The notes under the pieces were generated by a model. That model searched no databases. It was not told where the DNA came from and was given only the letters and a program-made list of their open reading frames with translations. DNA of 49,681 bases from assembly GCA_013416795.1 (NCBI GenBank), contig RQSC01001108.1, positions 1 to 49,681 of the forward strand, given 5' to 3'. Shown here one piece after another: positions 33,477-45,303 of the stretch (its first letter is position 1; each line of letters starts with the position of its first letter). Source of the stretch: Prasinococcaceae sp. CCMP 1430 (lineage: Eukaryota > Plantae > Prasinodermophyta). The translations under genes and the position numbers were made by a program.

Positions 33477-34996
33477 ATGGGGGCGCGCCGGGTGCGAACG
33501 CGGATGCCGCCGACGCGCGCTCGCGGCGCGCGGAGGGCGCGCGAGGCGCCGTCTTCGGCAAGGTGACCGTGGGCGACGACTGGAAGCAGGTGGAGGCAGG
33601 CGGCGGCCGCGAGGGCGTTGAGGGCGCCGACTACCTGTACGAGCTCGGGCGCTCTCAGCAGTTCAGCACCGACGTCACCGTTGGCGCGCGGCAGGACATG
33701 GTCGACTCCAAGTTCATCGGGGGGTTCCTGGGCAAGGAGAGCGACATCGCCAGCGGCGAGCTGCGGGGGTTCGAGTTTCGCACGTTTAAGAACCTGGTGG
33801 GGGACTACTACGTGCCGCAGCGCTTCCTCGACACCTTTGCCACCTTCATGGCCAAAAACTTTCTCCTGGAGGAGATCGGCACCAAGAAGATACCGCTCAT
33901 TTTAGGCATCTGGGGGGCCAAGGGCTGCGGCAAGAGCTTCCAGGTGGAGCTCGCGTGCCGCAAGATGGGGGTGGTGCCCATCGTCACCAGCGCGGGCGAG
34001 CTAGAGGACGAGTGGGCCGGCGAGCCCGGCTTGCTGCTGCGCGAGCGCTACCGCAAGGCCGCGTCGGTGATCAAGAACCAGGGAAAGATGTCCTGCCTGG
34101 TCATCAACGACCTCGATGCCGGATGCGGGCGCCTCAAGGACACGCAGTGCACCGTCAACAACCAGATGGTGATGGGCACGCTCATGAACCTCTGCGACAA
34201 CCCCGAGCGCGTGTCGGTGGGTCAGGAGTGGCGTGAGAACGACAAGGTGTACCGTGTGCCCATCATCGTCACCGCCAACGACCTGAGCACGCTCTACGCG
34301 CCGCTGCTGCGCGACGGCCGCATGGAGAAGTTCTACTGGGATCCGACGCGCGAGGACATCTGCGCCATGGTGGAGACCATGTATCGCGACGACGGACTGA
34401 CGCACGAACAGGTAGAGCGGCTCGTGGGCGAGTTCGCAGGGCAGCCGCTCGACTTCTTCGGCGCGCTGCGCGCGAAGGCGTATGACGAGCAGATTGCGCG
34501 ATGGACGCTGGAGACGGCGCGGGCCGCAGCGGAGAAGGGGGAGAAGGACGCGTACGAGACATCCAACGAGACGTACAACATCAGCGCCGTGTGCAGGAGG
34601 CTCATGGCGCTGCGCAAGGAGCAAAAGACGCCCGTCGGCGAAGGGGTGCGCGTGCCGGATCTTAACCTCGAGAGCGTCTCCATCACCCTGGAGAAGCTGC
34701 TCGAGGGAGGGAGAGACCTCGTGCGCGAGCAACAGCACGTGAATGACAACTCGCTGGCGAGGGAGTACATGGCGTGGCAGCGCGACCCCGCCGAGGTGGC
34801 CGCCGAGAAGGCCGCCGAGGAGGCCGCCAAGCGACCCAAGCCAAAGCCCCTGACGGCCGAACAGATCGCGGCGGCCATCGAGCGAAGCAAGGCCGCCGCT
34901 GCCGAGCGCGATGCCGCGGAGGCCGCCGCCCGCGCCGCTCGCCGCGCTGCCGACGCCATCGCACGCGAGGCTCGAGAAGCCGCGCGCGCTCTGGAA

Positions 34997-35035
<39 letters not shown>

Positions 35036-35572
35036 GCCCGCTGGCCGTCTGTGTCGCCGCCGATGGCGCACGCCATGCAGTGGGGCGACTCTGCGTCGGA
35101 GTTCTACGAGGAAACGTACGATGGCGACAAGTTCGTTTTGGTCGACGTGCGATCCGCAAAGAGCAGCGGCCGAGAGATGCCAAAGGGCGCGGTGAGCGTG
35201 CCTGCGTTTTCGCTGGTGGGGCCGCCGCTTGCGCTCGTTGCGGAGCCCCTCGACTCCTTCCTCGAGGCCTTCGAGGCGGCGTTTCCCGACAGGACAGCAA
35301 ACCTGCTCGTCGTTGGTGGCGAGAGAGCGGGCGACGAGGTCGGCGAGTTCGAATGTGCCAGCGTGGCGATGGACCAACTCGTTGACGCGGGCTACGTGAA
35401 CGCCGTGCAGGTGCACGGCGGCTACCAGAACTGGGTGGAATTCTACAGCCCTTCGGGCAAGGCGCGCCCTCCCAAGGCCAACTTCAAGTATGTCACCGGG
35501 GCGCCGGGCACAGTGTGCGTTGGCGCCGAGCTCACAGCCGACTTCGGACACGGACAGCGAACGAACGCGTGA
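33477..35572 (+). CDS. Rubisco-activase-like AAA+ ATPase (RCA2/At1g73110 type) with coiled-coil/(EP)n linker and C-terminal rhodanese-like domain; 5' end unresolved
   Basis: Motifs GIWGAKGCGKS (Walker A), SAGELEDEWAGEPG, LVINDLDAG (Walker B), LYAPLLRDGRMEKFYW and QPLDFFGALRA. The tail has LVDVRS, KGAVSVP and GYVNAVQVHGGYQNW. Confidence 0.88.
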
Positions 35573-35760
35573 CAAGCAGGGCGGGCTCGCGCGCACGCGA
35601 CCGGACGCATGGGCTTCTGGGGCCGTCGAACAGATAATAATGCCATTTTTGGCGTGCGTACACTCCTCTGAGCATCCACACGTCCGCTCGCGCGCTTGGA
35701 GGCCGCACGAGCGTGTCTCATGCGCGCTGTCATATTACACCGGCCCGCGCGCCATCGCGG

Positions 35761-37250
35761 TCACCGCTTGCTGTACAGCTTGGGCGCGTCGGCGGAGGGT
35801 TGGATCGTGCGACAGTACTTCATGAGCAACACGTCCACTTTGGTGGTCGGCGCACCCGTGTCGAGCGGCGCTACGTAGGGCTCGAGGTCTTTCCATAGCC
35901 ACTGCTCGCGTCGCTCGAAGAGCACTCGGAACCGCTCCGAGTGCGCGCGCGGCAGCATGTCCTCGATGAAGGGCCACACCTTCATCTCAGACGGATTGAC
36001 CTTGCACGGCTCGACCAGGGCGAGGCCGCGCAGCTGCGAGGCTTCCACGGGCAACTCGTCGATATTGAACACTCGCTCCTTCCACTTGGAGAGCATCGAC
36101 TGCAGTTCCATGCAGTCCTTGGGAACGGGATCGTCCTCCTTCGTCCCAATGCCCATCACCTCCAGCAGCAGCTCCGAGGCGAACTCCCTCGAAACGCGCG
36201 GCAGGTCGAGAGCCCACGTTCGCGCGTCCTCGCTCGCGTCGACATCCATGCTGTCCGCCTCGGAATACTCGCGCAGCACGTGGCGCACGAACTCCACGCG
36301 GTGGCCGCCGGCCTCGGCCACCTGCTCGCACGCCTCGCGCTCCGGTACCTTCGACAGCTCCCATCCGTCATTCTCCGCCACGGTGGTGAGCAGCATGAGT
36401 AGGATGTACCTCGTGTATTCGGGCGCCGCCACTCGCATCGCCCCATCGAGCTCGAACGCGCCCATCCGCACGAGCGCGCGCGCGAGCTGCGAGTCGCTCG
36501 CCTGCACGCGCTGCGCCAGCGCGGCGCGCCCGATGAGCCCGCCGGCCGCGGGCTCCTCGTCGGGGCCGGTGTAGAGGTGCTCGAGCAGCAGCTCGCGCAG
36601 CCGCTCGAGCCGCGGCTCTGTCTCGACCAGCTCCAGGTGCGACTTGGCGTGCGCGGCGACGCGCGCGACTTCACCCTGTGCGGCGTCGCAAACCGGCGCG
36701 CGATGGGTGCTGTCAGCGCCCCGCACCCACGCGCCAGAGCGCGCGCGCGCTCGCCCTCCGCCGCTCGCGCGCGCCCGGGCGGGGCGCGGCGAGCTCCCAC
36801 CGCGGCCTCGCACCTTCGAGCCGTGGAAGAGCGTCTCGCGCTCGCCTGGCCGGAGCACCCACATGGTGTTTGTGCTGTCGACCTTCTTGATTGCGTACGT
36901 GGCATCTGATGTGCACAGCACCGCCTCGTCGCCGTCATCGCCCTTGATCACCACCTCGCCCCCCTTCATCTTCTCTAGCATGTCCTCGTCGAGCTGCAGC
37001 CAACGGGGGAGGTGCGGGCGGGGGGTGGATGGGTTCGAAGGGACGAGAGGGCAAGCGTGTGCACGCCGTGCGTCGCAGCGGACGGGTCAGCGCAGCTCGC
37101 ACCAGGCCGGGCGCAGCCCCGCCGCCGCATCGCGGCGCCCTCACCTCGATCAGCGTCACCGCCGGCGGCTCGTAGTCCTCGTCCGCGGGGGCGGCGACGC
37201 CGCCCCCGCCCCGGTCGCCGCCGCCCGACGCAGTGGCGCAGCAGCCCGCG
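35761..37250 (-). CDS. DCC1: Sister chromatid cohesion protein DCC1; exons ?..37145, 36993..36814, 36675..35761
   Basis: TLIE|LDEDML...VIKGDDGDEAVLCTSDATY...DSTN, plus the C-terminal ERFRVLFERREQWLWKDLEPYV and LLMKYCR. Both introns are phase 0. No ATG was found in the first exon. Confidence 0.9.
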
Positions 37251-37296
37251 CTCCGATCGGCCCGCAGCGCGCGCGCGCGCGCGCGCGCCGAAACTC

Positions 37297-37560
37297 AAAA
37301 CTCAAACTCCCCCGTGGGTAATTTTACCGTACATTAGCACTACAGTATAGTTCTCTGAAGTCGCGGCTGACACACGGGAAAAAAAACACAGACGCGCAGG
37401 GGGGAAAACATGGGGTGGGGGGGCGCGCGCGCCGAAACACAAACTAAAAAAATCCCCCGTGGGTAATTTTACCGTACATTATAGTTATCTGAAGTCGCGG
37501 CTGACACGAAAAAAAAACACAGACGCGCAGGGGGGGAAAACGGGGGTGGGGAAACGGGGA
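37297..37560 (+). repeat. Imperfect tandem duplication (~140 bp unit) in the divergent DCC1/GCP3 intergenic region
   Basis: Both copies share cccccgtgggtaattttaccgtacatta...tctgaagtcgcggctgacac...aaaaaaacacagacgcgcagggggg. Confidence 0.85.
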
Positions 37561-38296
37561 AAGGTCGAATGAAGGGCGAAATGCCGCGCTGGAAAAATTC
37601 GACGGCGTTTCGATCGAAAGGCGTTTCGTTCTTTCTCTCTTTTATTTCTTTTACGTATTCCTTTCTCTCTGGTATTATCTTGAGTTCGTTTTGGCTTCGG
37701 GTCGTCGGAGAGAAACGTTTTCTTTGCTGCGAAACTCCGTTCTAAAACTTTCATAATTTGGAATGAAAGGCGTCTCTTTTCCCCTTTCTTTTTTTCTTTT
37801 TCTTTTTCTTTTTTCTTTTTCTTTTCTTTTTTTGGCGTGCGTTCGAAAGCGGCGGTTCGAAAGCGCGCGAATGAGGAATTCGCGCGCGCGCGCGCGCGCG
37901 CTCGGGCGGAGGGGCCGGGGGCAGGGTGGCAGGGGGGTGGGAACTGGCAGGGGGGAGGGCGCAGAGGCGCAGGGGGGGGGAAGGAGGGACGCAGGGGCGT
38001 GCCACACAGACACTGCGCGCGCGCGCGCGCGCGCACGTGTGTGCGCGCGCGCACGTGTGTGTGTGTTTGTGCGTGTGTGCGTGCGTGTTCCGCTCGCTTC
38101 CGCTTGCGCTTGCGGCGCGGAGGGGGCGCGGCGTGGCGTGCGGCGTCCGGCGTGGCGCGGGGTCGGGNNNNNNNNNNNNNNNNNNNNNNNNNNNNNNNNN
38201 NNNNNNNNNNNNNNNNNNNNNNNNNNNNNNNNNNNNNNNNNNNNNNNNNNNNNNNNNNNNNNNNNNNNNNNNNNNNNNNNNNNNNNNNNNNNNNNN

Positions 38297-40558
38297 CGGG
38301 CGCCTCGAACGCGCGCGCCGCGGGGGACGCCGTGGAGGCCTCGGCGTCCACACCCTCCCCCGCCCGCGGCGCGGCGTCGCCCGCCGCGCGCGCGACCGTC
38401 GTCAACACCCTCTACGAGACCCCCGAGGAGGACCTCGTCCGCGACGTGGTCTTCGCGCTGCAGGGCGTCGACGGGAGCGTCGTGCGCTGGCGGCATGACA
38501 GAGGCGCGTACGCGGTGGACCCCAAGGTGGGCGTGACCGCGCCGCAGCGCGCGCTGGTGGCCAAGTTGTGCGAGGCGGGGGCGCGGCACCGCGCAGTCGC
38601 CGCGGCGAGCGCGCAGGGAGGCGCAATGGCGCGCGGGGGGGCGTGCGCCGCGGCGCTGGCGGCGGCGATGCGCGCCGAGCTCGCCGAGTTCGCGCGGCTG
38701 GTGGCGCACCTGGAGCGGATGGCCAACCAGCCGGTGCCGAGCGATGGGGCAGGTGTGGCGGGGGGGGAGGGCAGGGCGCTCACGCTTCGGCGCATGGCGG
38801 TGTGGCTGGCCGAGCCGGCGGCGGCCCTCGAGACGCTTGCGCGCGTGGCGGGCGCCTGCCGCGCGCAGTCGGGCGGCGCGCTGCTGCGCGTGCTGCACGC
38901 CGAGGCGCAGACGGGCCACCCGGAGGCGCGCGAGCTCACCACGCGCATGCTGCGCGCGGCCGCGGCGCCGCTGTGGGCCATGCTCGCGCGCTGGCTCTTC
39001 GAGGGCATCCTGGACGACCCGCACGAGGAGTTCTTCGTCGCCGCGGACCCCGCCGTGCCCGACGAGTACCTGTGGGAGATGCGCTACTCGCTGCGCGAGG
39101 CGCAGCTCCCGCCGCCCGCGCTCGTGCCGCGCGACGCCGCGGCGGCCGCGCTGGTGGCGGGGAAGGCCATCAACTTCCTGCGGCGCTGCTGCGGCGAGGC
39201 GGCGCCCTGGGAGGGCGCGCGCGCCACCAGCGAGGCGGCGGCCGAGGCCGAGCGGGCGCTCCGTGACGGCGACGCCACCGCGCTCGAGGGGACCGTGCGC
39301 GCCGTCGGGGACGCCGTGAACGCGCGCCTGATGGAGGTGCTCTTCTCCGAAAGGTTCAACCTGAGCGAGCACCTGCTCGCCCTCAAACGCTACCTGCTGC
39401 TCGGCCAGGGCGACTTCGTGCAGGCGCTCATGGATTTCGTCGGCACCGACCTGGACGTGCCCGCCGGGGACATCTCGCCGTTCAAGCTGGCCGGGCAGCT
39501 CGAGAGCGCGGTGCGCGCATCCAACACGCAGTTCGACCACCCGGACGTGCTCGCGCGCCTCAAGGTTCGCCCCGCGCGCGCGCCGCGCGCGCGCGCGCTC
39601 ATGCGCGCACGACACCGCATCGCGCGCGCGGTGGTCGGCGGCGCGCGCCCCGTTGCGCTCGCGCCTCGGCTCCGCGCTAACATCTGCGACCGCCCCGGCC
39701 GCCGCGCGCCTGCAGGTGCGCGTGCTGCCGCCCGCGGATGGCGAGTCGGGCTGGGACGTCTTCGCGCTCGAGTACGCCGTGCGCCGCCCCGGCGCCCCGC
39801 TGGACCCCTTGCCCACCATCCTCGATCAGCAGGCGATGGACAAGTACGCGCGCGCGTTCTCGCTGCTGTGGCGGTTGAAGCGCGCCGAACACGCGGTGAA
39901 CGCCGCGTGGGCCTTCGCGAAGCCCTCGAGCGCGCTCGAACGCGCGGGGCGCGCGGCCGGCCGGGGCAGCGCGCTGGCGCAGGCGCTCCACCGCATGGCC
40001 GGCCTGCGCGCGGCGCTCTCCCACGCGCTGGCCGCCGTGCAGCACTACATGATGGGCGAGGCGCTCGAGGCGCCGTGGGCGCGATTCCGCGAGGCGGCCG
40101 CCGCAGCGCGCGACCTCGACGCGCTGCGGGCGGCGCACCACGCCTGCCTCGACGAGGTTCTGGACCGCGCGCTCCTGGGCCGGGGCGCCGAGGTCTACCG
40201 CAAGCAGCTGGACGCGCTGGTGGACGGAGCGATGCGCTTCCGTGGGCTCGCCGAGCGCCTCTCGACCGCTGCTGCGGACTCCGCCGGCCGCGCCGACGAG
40301 CTCCAGCGCGAGAACCGCGCCCGCGCGGGGCGGGGTGCGTGGGCCGCCGAGGGCACCGAAGGCGCCGCCGCGATCCCGCACGGCCTGGTCGACACCGTCG
40401 CGCACGAGCTCGCCGACTGCGAGGCCAAGGCTGGCAACACTCTGCGCAACCTGCTGGCGATGCTCGGGCAGCACAAGGACTCGGGCCTGCAGGGGCTCGT
40501 GCTGCAGCTCGACTTCGGCGGATACTACCGTGGGGCGCCCCAGGCCGGCGTCGCGTGA
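38297..40558 (+). CDS. GCP3: Gamma-tubulin complex component 3 (Spc98); exons (gap)..39564 and 39716..40558
   Basis: Motifs EEDLVRDVVFALQGVDG, WLFEGILDDPHEEFFV, HLLALKRYLLLGQGDFVQALMD and GWDVFALEY. The intron has a gctaac branch point and is phase 0. Confidence 0.9.
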
Positions 40559-41075
40559 GCGAGCGAGAGGCGGCGCTCGCGGAAAGGGCAGCGAGAGAGG
40601 CGACGCGCCGGCCACCGCACGCGAGCGCTCCCCGCGACACTGGTAACCCGCACATTTATGAGGCCTTTTCTGGTTTGGTCTGGTGGTCGTGGTTGTGTGT
40701 GTGTGTGTGTGGTGATGGGGTGGGGGAGCAGCGCCCGCGCGTGCTTCCTTCTCGCGCGCGTGCTTTCTTTGCGCGCGCGCGCAGGCGCGTGTGCTTGTGG
40801 GGAGGCGCGGGGACAGAGTGTGCAGCTATTACGACCGCCGGGCCAGGACGCGTGCATGCGGCACGGGGGCACTGGCGGGAGCGCCGTGTGAGAGCGCTTG
40901 GCTGCGGTGTGGAGGCAGCGGGGCGCGGCCGCCTGCGCGCGAGCGCGGGGCCGCGGCATCCCGCCGCCTGGCATGGCACGTGCTGCGCAGACATGGCTTG
41001 GTCGTCCGTTTCCTCCGCCGACTGTGCGCGGACGGGCGAGCTCGTCGCCGTGCGAGTGCAGCGACGATGGCACGC

Positions 41076-41394
41076 TTAGGCGGCGCGCCCCGCCCTGGCC
41101 TGCTGCTGCTGCCCGTAGTTGAGCGGGCGCTTGAAGAGCATGATGTGGGGCTCCGGGCGGTGGATGGCTGCGTGAGTGACGCGCGGCGGCCGCCGGCGTG
41201 AAGGGGGATGAGGTGAAGGCCGGGCGATCTGAAGCGTCAGCGCGTGCGCAGTGCCTCGGTGCGTGCGCAGACCTAGCGCTCGGCTCGCGCGCCCGTCTCG
41301 CGGCGCCGTCGGCGCGCGCGGCGCAGATCAAGGGGCGCGTACCGTAGTGCTGCCACCCGCGCGACTGCTGCACACCGATCATACGCCACTCCTC
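41076..41394 (-). CDS. CKS1: Cyclin-dependent kinase regulatory subunit CKS; exons 41394..41343 and 41167..41076; first exon in the gap
   Basis: The spliced product EEWRMIGVQQSRGWQHY|AIHRPEPHIMLFKRPLNYGQQQQ closely matches plant CKS1. Confidence 0.92.
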
Positions 41395-42067
41395 CTGCGC
41401 GATGCCACCGCGTTCAGGGGGGCGCGGGACGCGTGCGCGGGCGCTCGGGCGTCAGCGCTCCTCTCCTCTTCCTTGCCGCCGATGGCGGTGCGCGCGCGAC
41501 AGGGCGCTGGCCGCAGGGCGCAGGGCGCGGCGGGCGGCGCATNNNNNNNNNNNNNNNNNNNNNNNNNNNNNNNNNNNNNNNNNNNNNNNNNNNNNNNNNN
41601 NNNNNNNNNNNNNNNNNNNNNNNNNNNNNNNNNNNNNNNNNNNNNNNNNNNNNNNNNNNNNNNNNNNNNNNNNNNNNNNNNNNNNNNNNNNNNNNNNNNN
41701 NNNNNNNNNNNNNNNNNNNNNNNNNNNNNNNNNNNNNNNNNNNNNNNNNNNNNNNNNNNNNNNNNNNNNNNNNNNNNNNNNNNNNNNNNNNNNNNNNNNN
41801 NNNNNNNNGCGCGCGCGCTCCCGCCCTCCGCGCCGCGCGCGCGCGCAACGGGGGAATATAAATACGTCTCCATCAAATAGAAAGCGAACGCGCGCGGAAG
41901 CGGAAGCGGAAGCGGAATCCAAAAAAAAAAAAGGCGGTCAACCCGAGGCACACGCGCGCGCGCGCGCGCGCCATCAAAACGCACGCGCGCCGCGCGCGCG
42001 ATCGAACGCCGCCGAGGCCCGCCATCAAAACGAAGGCGCGCCGCGCCGCGCCGCTCCAGGGGCGCGC

Positions 42068-42287
42068 GAGAGAGAGAGTCAAACCTCCCGAAAGTGGCCG
42101 CTCTTTTCCGTTGCTTCCGCGTATTTCATACTTTATTTTCAGCACCGTGAAATTTTTTTACGTAATATTATTTTGATTTCGAGAGAGTCCTACCTCCCAA
42201 AATGGCCACTCTTTTTTCGTTGCTTCCGCGTATTTCATACTTTTATTTACAGCACCGTGAAAGTTTTTTACGGAATATTATTTTGAT
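42068..42287 (+). repeat. AT-rich imperfect tandem duplication (~109 bp unit) in the divergent CKS1/WD40-gene intergenic region
   Basis: cctccc occurs at 42084 and 42193. The shared core ttgcttccgcgtatttcatacttt occurs at 42111 and 42220, and both units end atattattttgat. Confidence 0.85.
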
Positions 42288-42690
42288 GCGCCCGGGCGGT
42301 CCAGCTCGGGGCGCCCGGCCCATCACACCGCACTCGCGCGGCTTCGAGAGGCCCGCGCGCGCGCGCTTCGAATTCCGCGGACGCCCGCGCGCGCCGGGCC
42401 GCGCGCGCCGCACCCTTCGACGCCCGGTTTCACGGGATTCGGCGCGCGCCGTCGCGAATCCGTGCGATTTTTTTTGGGAACCCTACATATTCAAACCTCA
42501 ATTATCAAACCTAAATGAGCTCGGGTGGTGGTGGTGTACGTACGTACGTACGTACACCTTTGTGCGGGCTTTTCTCCGTGCCTTCGCGCGCGTTGGTGCG
42601 AGTTCGAAGTACAGTGCAGTGTAAAAAAGCTTTTTACAGTACGTTCAGTAGCATTTACATGCATTTTGGACCCTATATTGGACCCTGACT

Positions 42691-43237
42691 ATGAAACCCA
42701 AACGATTGAACCTAAACGCGCTCCGCGTCGCGCGAAAACGAGCGGAGGCGCGCGCGGCGCGCGCAGAGGCGGAGGCGGGCGCCGCCGACGGCACGGCGCG
42801 CCGCAGGAGGCGCAGCAGCAGCAGCAGCAGCAGGCGCGGCCGACGGCGCCGGCAAGCCAGCGGCAGCGCGCGAGCGCGCTGCGGGACACCGACGCCAACG
42901 CGGCCGGGGCGGTGGCCAAGCAGGCGTCCAAGCCGCCTCGCGAGCGACGGCAGCGAGGGCGTCAGACGCGCCGGCAGGGGCAGGATCAGTCGCAGCACCG
43001 AGGGCAGGAGCAGGAGCAGGAGCAGGAGCAGCAAGGGGACGAGACGGTGCAAGAGGCGCAGCTTCAGAGCGCCGCCGATGAGCTCGCGGCGCTGGCGGTC
43101 GAGCTCGAGGCCAAGGAGGCGAAGCTGGCGCATTGGCGCGCGCTGAAGGAGGCGCAGAGGCTGCGCCAAAGCGCGCGGGCGGAGGGTGTGTGTGTGTGCG
43201 TGTGCGTGTGTGTGTGCGTGTGTGTGCGTGTGTGTGT

Positions 43238-43270
<33 letters not shown>

Positions 43271-45102
43271 CCGAGCGCCAGCCGTCGGCGCCGGCCGCAA
43301 ACGTCGGCGGCAGCGACGACGGCGGCGGCGAGGGGAGCGACGGAGGCGCCAGCGGCGACGATGCGGGCGCGCCGCACGAGGCGACGCCGCAGCGGCTCGG
43401 CCGCGCCACCCCTCTCGCGGCGGCGCCGGGCGCGTTCGCCGCCGGCTCGGTGCCCGAGACCGACGAGAAGGAGCGGCCGGCCGGGGCGGGGCACGCCGGG
43501 CTCTCTCAATCGCAGCAGCGCGAACCCCCGCCGCCCAGGGTGTCCCTGGACGTGCTGGGCCCGCAGGAGGACGGCGTCCTGCCGAGGGAGGTGGCCGGCA
43601 CCCCGCTGGGCGTGGAGCCCGAGGTCCGCGCGCCGGCCGCCGCGGGGTCGGACGCCGCGAGCGGCGTCGAGCCGGACTCAAGCTGGCACCTGCGCGCGGA
43701 GATGGACTTGGGAGGCCAGCTGCTGAGCCTGTCGACGTTCGGCGGCGCGGGCGAGGCCTGCCGCGAGGGCGGCGCCCCGAAGCTGGCCGCGCTCGTCCAG
43801 GCCGAGGGCGGCGAGTGCGCGCTTGCGGTGTGGGTCCCCGAGGCCGGCGCGGCGGTGGCGGTGCGGTGCGAGCGCCCGCCCGAGATCGGCCTGCCGCCCG
43901 GCGCGGGCGCGCGCAGGCAGATGCTGGCCGGCTGCGGGCGGTCGCTGGTGGCGTCGTGCGTCGGGCCGTGGGGCGGCGAGGAGGGCGAAGGCGGCGAGCC
44001 CGAGTGCGTGCACCTCTTCGAGATCGCCGGCGAGGGGAGCTGCGCGATGGCGCTGCGGCACTCCACGCGCAGGCTGCGCATCGACCCGGCGCGGATGCGC
44101 GGCCGGCCCCGCTGCGTGCTGGCGCTGCCGGGCATCGGCGTGCTCGCGGGCGGCGACGGCGGCGCGGCGGTGCTGTGGGCGGAGGAGGACGCGGCGGCGA
44201 GCGGCGGCGGTGTGGGCTACCGCGCCGACGGCACCTACATGGCCGCAGCCAAGTACAAGGAGAACGCGCTGCCGGAGGTCCTGACCCTCGCGGCCCTCCC
44301 GGATCGCGACGGCGTGGTGGCCGGCTGCGCCAGCAGCGGCACGGTCATCCTGTGGAACGTGCGCGCGGCGCAGGTGGTGTCGGTGTCGCACTCGCCGTTC
44401 AACGGCGCGGTGTCGCTGCTGCCCATCCCCGCGCGGCTCGCCGACGCGGCGGGCGTCCCCGTGCGCGAGAGCGCCGACCCGTCCGCCTTCGCCGCCGCCG
44501 CGCTGCTCCGGAAGAGCAGCGGCAGGCTGTGCGCCGCCTACGTGTGGGTGTGCGCCGGCTCGATCGTGGTGGCGGCCACGCCCGTCCTGTGCGAGGAGCA
44601 GGACTGCGCGCTGGCGCTGGTCGACTCGCCGGCCTCCTCCGGTGGCGAGGCCCCCGCGATGGGCCTCGGCGGCGCGGCCGCCGCTCGCGCGAAGAACGGC
44701 GGCGGCGCGGCCTCGCGGGCGGCCTGCTTCGCAATCGCCGGCGGCGGCGCCGTCGTGTTCCTGGAGGCCGTCGCGGGCGCGCAGGCGGGCTTCCTCGTGC
44801 GCGCCGCGGAGGGCNCCCTGTGCGTGAGCGACCTGGCGATGAACATCCCCACGACGGAGCTGGCCGCCGCGGCGCTGCTGTGTGCAGAGAGCGCGGACGC
44901 GCGCGCGGTGACCTCCGCCAACCTCGCGTCTGCGCTCGGCCTGCCGGCGGCGAGGCTGCACGCGATGTGCGAGCGCGTCGGCGATGCCGCGAGCATGATG
45001 CCGCCTGTCAAGGATCGGCACATCAGCCCGCGCAGCCCCATTGGCAGCCTCTGCCTGTTCGACGGCGATTCGGACGACGGCTGCCGCGAGCGCGAGTGCT
45101 GA
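42691..45102 (+). CDS. N-terminal coiled-coil plus C-terminal WD40-like protein, PALB2-like architecture; one intron ~43186..43281 (boundaries uncertain)
   Basis: The coiled coil is ELEAKEAKLAHWRALKEAQRLRQSARAE. The C-terminal 550 aa is rich in beta strands, with WD-like ends (AAVLW, GTVILWNVR). The upstream ATG is one frame off. Confidence 0.55.
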
Positions 45103-45303
45103 TGGCCAGCTACGCCTGCGTGGTGATCCCCTCGAGAGACACAGGGATGGGAGGGAGAGGGACAGGGAGAGATTGAGATTATGACGGCCACATCGACGAC
45201 TGCTCCGGGGCTGGGACGCGCGCGCGCGCGCGCGGCCGACTGCGGAGCGGCGCACCACCGAATGGTACAAGCCGCCGACCGCACGGGCAGATCGCGGCAG
45301 CGG

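Noticed and set aside
34001-35596. 531-aa minus-strand ORF
   Set aside because: It is the antisense shadow of the RCA-like gene.
37297-37560. Tandem units considered as a CRISPR-like array
   Set aside because: There are only two long imperfect copies, no repeat-spacer structure, no cas genes, and the context is eukaryotic.
37675-41079. 714-aa and 1080-aa ORFs spanning the GCP3 region
   Set aside because: One is antisense. The other strings together promoter, gap, a real exon and off-frame sequence; the spliced GCP3 model explains the region.
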